A model generated the notes under the pieces. That model did not search any database, had not been told where the DNA came from, and was given only the letters and a program-made list of their open reading frames with translations. A stretch of DNA of 64,000 nt from Escherichia coli (GTDB lineage Bacteria; Pseudomonadota; Gammaproteobacteria; Enterobacterales; Enterobacteriaceae): NCBI RefSeq assembly GCF_002854065.1, contig NZ_CP024147.1, one strand, 5' to 3'. A program made the translations under genes and the position numbers. Below, piece after piece: positions 61,879 through 64,000 of the stretch (its first letter is position 1; the number at the start of each line of letters is the position of its first letter).

Positions 61879-64000
61879 TTACCCCAACTGCTTACGTGCA
61901 TTGCGGAAAATGCGCATCCATGGACCATCCTCGCCCCAGTTTTCCGGATGCCAGGAGTTGCTGACAGTACGGAAAACACGTTCCGGGTGCGGCATCATAA
62001 TGGTAACTCGACCACTTTCAGTCGTGACTGCCGTAATACCATTCGGAGAACCGTTCGGGTTAGCCGGGTAGGTTTCAGTGACCTTGCCGAAGTTATCGAC
62101 ATAGCGCAGTGCCACCAGCCCTTTACTTTCCAGCGCCGCCAGATGCGCCGCATCACGCACTTCCACGCGCCCTTCACCATGAGAGACAGCAATCGGCATT
62201 TGCGAGCCCACCATCCCCTGCAACAGCAGCGACGGGCTTTGGGTCACTTCAACCAGGCTGAAACGCGCTTCAAAGCGATCGGAGGTATTGCGCACAAAAC
62301 GTGGCCACAACTCACTACCTGGGATCAGTTCACGCAGATTAGACATCATCTGGCAACCGTTACATACCCCCAGCGCCAGCGTTTGCGGACGGTGGAAGAA
62401 GGTTGCAAACTCATCGCGTACACGGTCATTGAACAGGATAGACTTCGCCCAACCTTCACCGGCACCCAGCACATCACCGTAGGAGAAACCACCGCACGCG
62501 ACCAGGGCGTGGAAATCCTCCAGTCCCGTGCGTCCAGTCAGCAGGTCGCTCATATGCACATCGATAGCATCAAAGCCCGCACGGTGGAAAGCTGCCGCCA
62601 TTTCAACATGCGAGTTCACGCCCTGCTCACGCAGTACGGCAACTTTCGGACGTGCGCCAGTGGCAATATACGGTGCTGCCACATCTTCGTTGATATCGAA
62701 CGACAGTTTTACATTCAGGCCCGGATCGGCGTCGTTTGATTTCGCCTGATGCTCCTGATCGGCACACTCCGGGTTGTCACGCAGGCGCTGCATCTGCCAG
62801 GTAGTTTCTGCCCACCAGACACGCAACGTAGTGCGGCTTTCGCTGAATACAGTCTGCCCATTGGCGGTAATCACAAAACGGTCACCGGAAACCGCCTGCC
62901 CAACATAATGGACGCAATCCGCAAGCCCATGCTGTGCCAGTACGGATTCGACCGCTTCACGGTCAGCGGCACGAACCTGAATCACCGCACCCAGTTCTTC
63001 GTTAAACAACGCCGCCAGGCGATCGTCACCCAGAGTGGCTATATCCGCGTCAATGCCGCAATGACCAGCAAAGGCCATTTCCGCCAGCGTTACCAGCAGG
63101 CCGCCATCAGAGCGGTCGTGATACGCCAGCAGCTTACGCTGTGCAACCAGCGCCTGAATCGCGTCATAGAAGCCTTTCAGTTGCGCGACATCGCGTACAT
63201 CTGCCGGTTTGTCGCCAAGCTGACGATAAACCTGCGCCAGCGCCGTTGCGCCCAGCGCGTTATTGCCTTTGCCCAAATCAATCAGCAGCAGTGCGTTATC
63301 TTCGGTAGAAAGCTGCGGCGTGATGGTGTGACGTACATCTTCCACGCGGGCAAATGCAGAAATCACCAGCGACAGCGGCGACGTCATTTCGCGCTCTTCG
63401 TTACCTTCCTGCCAGCGGGTTTTCATCGACATAGAGTCTTTACCCACCGGGATCGTCAGGCCCAGCGCCGGACAAAGCTCTTCGCCCACGGCTTTAACGG
63501 CTTCATACAGGCCCGCATCTTCACCAGGGTGGCCTGCCGCCGCCATCCAGTTGGCGGAAAGTTTAATGCGTTTGATATCGCCAATCTGTGTTGCGGCAAT
63601 ATTGGTTAACGCTTCACCGACCGCCAGACGGGCAGAGGCGGCGAAATCCAGCAGCGCAACCGGCGCACGCTCGCCAATCGCCATCGCTTCACCGTAGTAG
63701 CTGTCGAGGCTGGCGGTAGTGACAGCGCAGTTAGCGACCGGCACCTGCCACGGCCCCACCATCTGATCGCGCGCCACCATGCCGGTTACGCTGCGGTCAC
63801 CGATGGTCACCAGGAAAGTTTTCTCCGCCACGGTCGGCAGATGCAGTACGCGTTTCACCGCGTCTGCAATGGTGATCCCTTCACGGACCAGCGCATCGCC
63901 CTTCGCTTTCAGCGTTTGTACATCGCGGGTCATCTTCGGCGTTTTACCAAGCAGGACGTCCAGCGGCAGATCGATCGGCTGATTATCAAAATGACGATCG
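61879..64000 (-). CDS. purL: Phosphoribosylformylglycinamidine synthase PurL, C-terminal ~707 codons (glutaminase domain); gene continues past window end
   Basis: ORF track 61879-63933 starts at an internal Met; the frame stays open to the window edge; glutamine amidotransferase catalytic region (..[13 protein letters not shown]..). Confidence 0.93.
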   Translation of the reverse strand, partial: DRHFDNQPIDLPLDVLLGKTPKMTRDVQTLKAKGDALVREGITIADAVKRVLHLPTVAEKTFLVTIGDRSVTGMVARDQMVGPWQVPVANCAVTTASLDSYYGEAMAIGERAPVALLDFAASARLAVGEALTNIAATQIGDIKRIKLSANWMAAAGHPGEDAGLYEAVKAVGEELCPALGLTIPVGKDSMSMKTRWQEGNEEREMTSPLSLVISAFARVEDVRHTITPQLSTEDNALLLIDLGKGNNALGATALAQVYRQLGDKPADVRDVAQLKGFYDAIQALVAQRKLLAYHDRSDGGLLVTLAEMAFAGHCGIDADIATLGDDRLAALFNEELGAVIQVRAADREAVESVLAQHGLADCVHYVGQAVSGDRFVITANGQTVFSESRTTLRVWWAETTWQMQRLRDNPECADQEHQAKSNDADPGLNVKLSFDINEDVAAPYIATGARPKVAVLREQGVNSHVEMAAAFHRAGFDAIDVHMSDLLTGRTGLEDFHALVACGGFSYGDVLGAGEGWAKSILFNDRVRDEFATFFHRPQTLALGVCNGCQMMSNLRELIPGSELWPRFVRNTSDRFEARFSLVEVTQSPSLLLQGMVGSQMPIAVSHGEGRVEVRDAAHLAALESKGLVALRYVDNFGKVTETYPANPNGSPNGITAVTTESGRVTIMMPHPERVFRTVSNSWHPENWGEDGPWMRIFRNARKQLG

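Overview
This window reads as an Escherichia coli / Shigella-type chromosomal segment, syntenic (from memory, not from a search) with the K-12 stretch yfgJ-der-bamB-yfgM-hisS-ispG-rodZ-rlmN-ndk-pbpC-yfhM-sseA-sseB-pepB-isc operon-trmJ-suhB-yfhR-csiE-hca operon-yphA-H-glyA-hmp-glnB-glrR-qseG-glrK-purL. Almost all of it is well-characterised core genome. Two parts are accessory or structurally unusual. (1) The left 5.9 kb carries a minus-strand operon absent from K-12: an intimin/invasin-like inverse autotransporter (sinH-like), a small secreted protein sharing its C-terminal module (sinI-like), and the start of a large repetitive ratA-like gene, preceded by a very AT-rich leader. (2) The sseA-sseB spacer holds a tandem duplication (about 570 bp units) of the ryfA small-toxin locus; each copy has a leader ORF whose stop overlaps the start of a 41-codon hydrophobic ORF, plus a divergent candidate antisense sRNA whose 5' end is complementary to the leader, and the pairing elements co-vary between copies. 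ryfA/timP-timR is described in Salmonella and a ryfA duplication in Shigella (recollection), so this is not wholly new; I see no convincing, entirely undescribed multi-gene system in the window. The glmY sRNA with its sigma54 promoter and three GlrR sites is clearly readable upstream of glrK. No CRISPR array, tRNA, rRNA, IS element or prophage gene was recognised. Gene names rest on recognition of conserved protein sequences, motifs and synteny; hand-derived coordinates for non-ORF features may be off by a few bases.
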